Shown in pieces: positions 24,046 to 24,808 of a stretch of DNA of 24,808 nucleotides (position 1 is the stretch's first letter; every line of letters begins with the position of its first letter). The notes under the pieces were generated by a model. It had not been told where the DNA came from and did no database searches. It saw only the letters and a program-made list of their open reading frames with translations. This DNA is from a virus. Where the stretch lies: IMG/VR virus record IMGVR_UViG_3300018015_000429. The stretch is one strand, 5' to 3'. Made by a program: the position numbers and the translations under genes.

Positions 24046-24333
24046 TCAGTTTAGTCTCTTTCGTCCTTTTTCGACCAAATTACGATAGATGCGAGATACA
24101 CCTGAGGACTTGGCAAGGCTCGCACGGTTCCGTTGAGGGATAATGCTTAGCACGGCCCTTAGCCAAAACCTCCAGCCTTCGTTCTCATCTCCCTCTATTT
24201 CTCTTCCAGTTTTCTTAAATGACAATTTTGCCCCCCGAAGATATGAAGCACTTCCTAACGTATAAGCAATGCGAGATCCAGCGATTGATGGAAGTATTAC
24301 TTGCGGATACCGTAAGGCGCGGTGATTTGCCAT
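24046..24333 (-). CDS. Hypothetical basic protein
   Basis: 95-aa ORF downstream of the palindrome cluster; no motif recognised. Confidence 0.4.
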   Translation of the reverse strand: MANHRALRYPQVILPSIAGSRIAYTLGSASYLRGAKLSFKKTGREIEGDENEGWRFWLRAVLSIIPQRNRASLAKSSGVSRIYRNLVEKGRKRLN

Positions 24334-24353
24334 TGATCATCGCACAATTAGAG

Positions 24354-24458
24354 GGTTTTGACACTCAAAAACTAGGTAGAATTGAGTAAAAAAAGCCTGA
24401 ATTCAACATTGTTCAACATGGTTTTGACACTCAAAGAAATCACGGATTGAGTACTCAA
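24354..24458. repeat. Cluster of direct repeats and palindromes at the provirus/host junction
   Basis: GGTTTTGACACTCAAA at 24354-24369 and 24420-24435 (each containing TTTGA-CAC-TCAAA); perfect palindrome TTGAGTACTCAA at 24447-24458; half site TTGAGTA at 24382-24388. Confidence 0.85.
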
Positions 24459-24526
24459 ACACAAGGGCTCGAAGTTTAACATCGAGCATTTCGGAGTATG
24501 TTAGCGCCGTTTCAAAATCCGGGAGT

Positions 24527-24808
24527 TTATGAGTATTCTCTGAAGGTGTAGTTGCATTTTGTGCAGCGTAGAAATTGGGTTGAGGATTCGTCCGCGCCTC
24601 TTGTTTGCACTTGCCACACGAACGCCAGGTTGTTCCCGCACTTTGGGCATTCCATTCTCACAGTGGGCAGGGTTCTCAGTTTCTGTTCTTCTTTGCCTAT
24701 CACTGCCACGAGCTGTGTTGGCTTGTGCTGGAAAACCTTGGCGACTTTGGGTTCAACATTCTTGCTTGCGGCCGGTTTTTTGTAGCCGCATTTTGTGCAG
24801 GCCAGCAC
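24527..24808 (-). CDS. tfs: Transcription factor S (TFS; RpoM/Rpo subunit M-like), host gene, 5' end outside the window
   Basis: C-terminal zinc ribbon ECPKCG...QVQTRGADESSTQFLRCTKC with the acidic DE hairpin; N-terminal ribbon partly visible (CTKCG). Confidence 0.93.
   Translation of the reverse strand: MLACTKCGYKKPAASKNVEPKVAKVFQHKPTQLVAVIGKEEQKLRTLPTVRMECPKCGNNLAFVWQVQTRGADESSTQFLRCTKCNYTFREYS

Larger units (their letters stand above)
1..24400. mobile_element. Provirus of an archaeal tailed dsDNA virus (Caudoviricetes, siphovirus-like); left end outside the window, right end approximate
   Basis: Complete, ordered packaging, head, neck and tail module (TerL, portal, protease, MCP, tail tube, G/GT, TMP, hub), followed by a conserved host-type TFS gene at 24527. 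No integrase or att pair is visible in the window. Confidence 0.93.

Noticed and set aside
24354-24458. Mini CRISPR array
   Set aside because: Only two 16-bp repeats with a 50-bp gap; too short for CRISPR repeats, and no cas genes are present.
24340-24526. tRNA gene or tRNA-derived att site
   Set aside because: No cloverleaf, T-loop GTTC(G/A)A(A/G)TC context or acceptor stem could be built.
1-24808. Integrase, replication proteins, MuF/gp7 minor head protein, endolysin
   Set aside because: Looked for but not found: no tyrosine-recombinase R-H-x-x-R-H-Y, serine-recombinase, MCM/primase or hydrolase motifs. Integration and replication genes are probably left of the window.

Overview
Almost the whole window (1 to about 24.4 kb) is a provirus of an archaeal head-tail virus (Caudoviricetes, siphovirus-like organisation). 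It abuts the 3' end of a host transcription factor S (TFS/RpoM-type) gene at the right edge. The archaeal assignment rests on the TFS gene, GGTGA/GAGGTG ribosome-binding sites, TATA-like promoters, oligo-T terminators and RHH and zinc-finger regulators. Bathyarchaeia is my guess for the host, but I cannot verify it. Gene order from the left: divergent RHH switch, terminase small and large subunits, portal, protease with nested scaffold, decoration protein, HK97-fold capsid, a 777-aa accessory protein, adaptor, stopper, terminator, tail tube, G/GT chaperones (-1 slippery site), HK97 gp10-like protein, short tape measure, hub/fibre fusion, putative lysis membrane proteins and an ABC ATPase-GNAT fusion. 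No integrase or replication gene lies in the window. Most unusual: (1) a membrane-anchored protein with about 32 N-glycosylation sequons, built from tailspike-like modules plus a CE4 deacetylase-like domain, inserted after the capsid gene; (2) all three neck proteins carry extra, probably glycan-interacting domains; (3) an antisense 85-aa ORF that looks like a stand-alone copy of the capsid A-domain; (4) a short tape measure with a proline-rich repeat and no recognisable Dit. All family assignments come from motif recognition by eye, not database searches.
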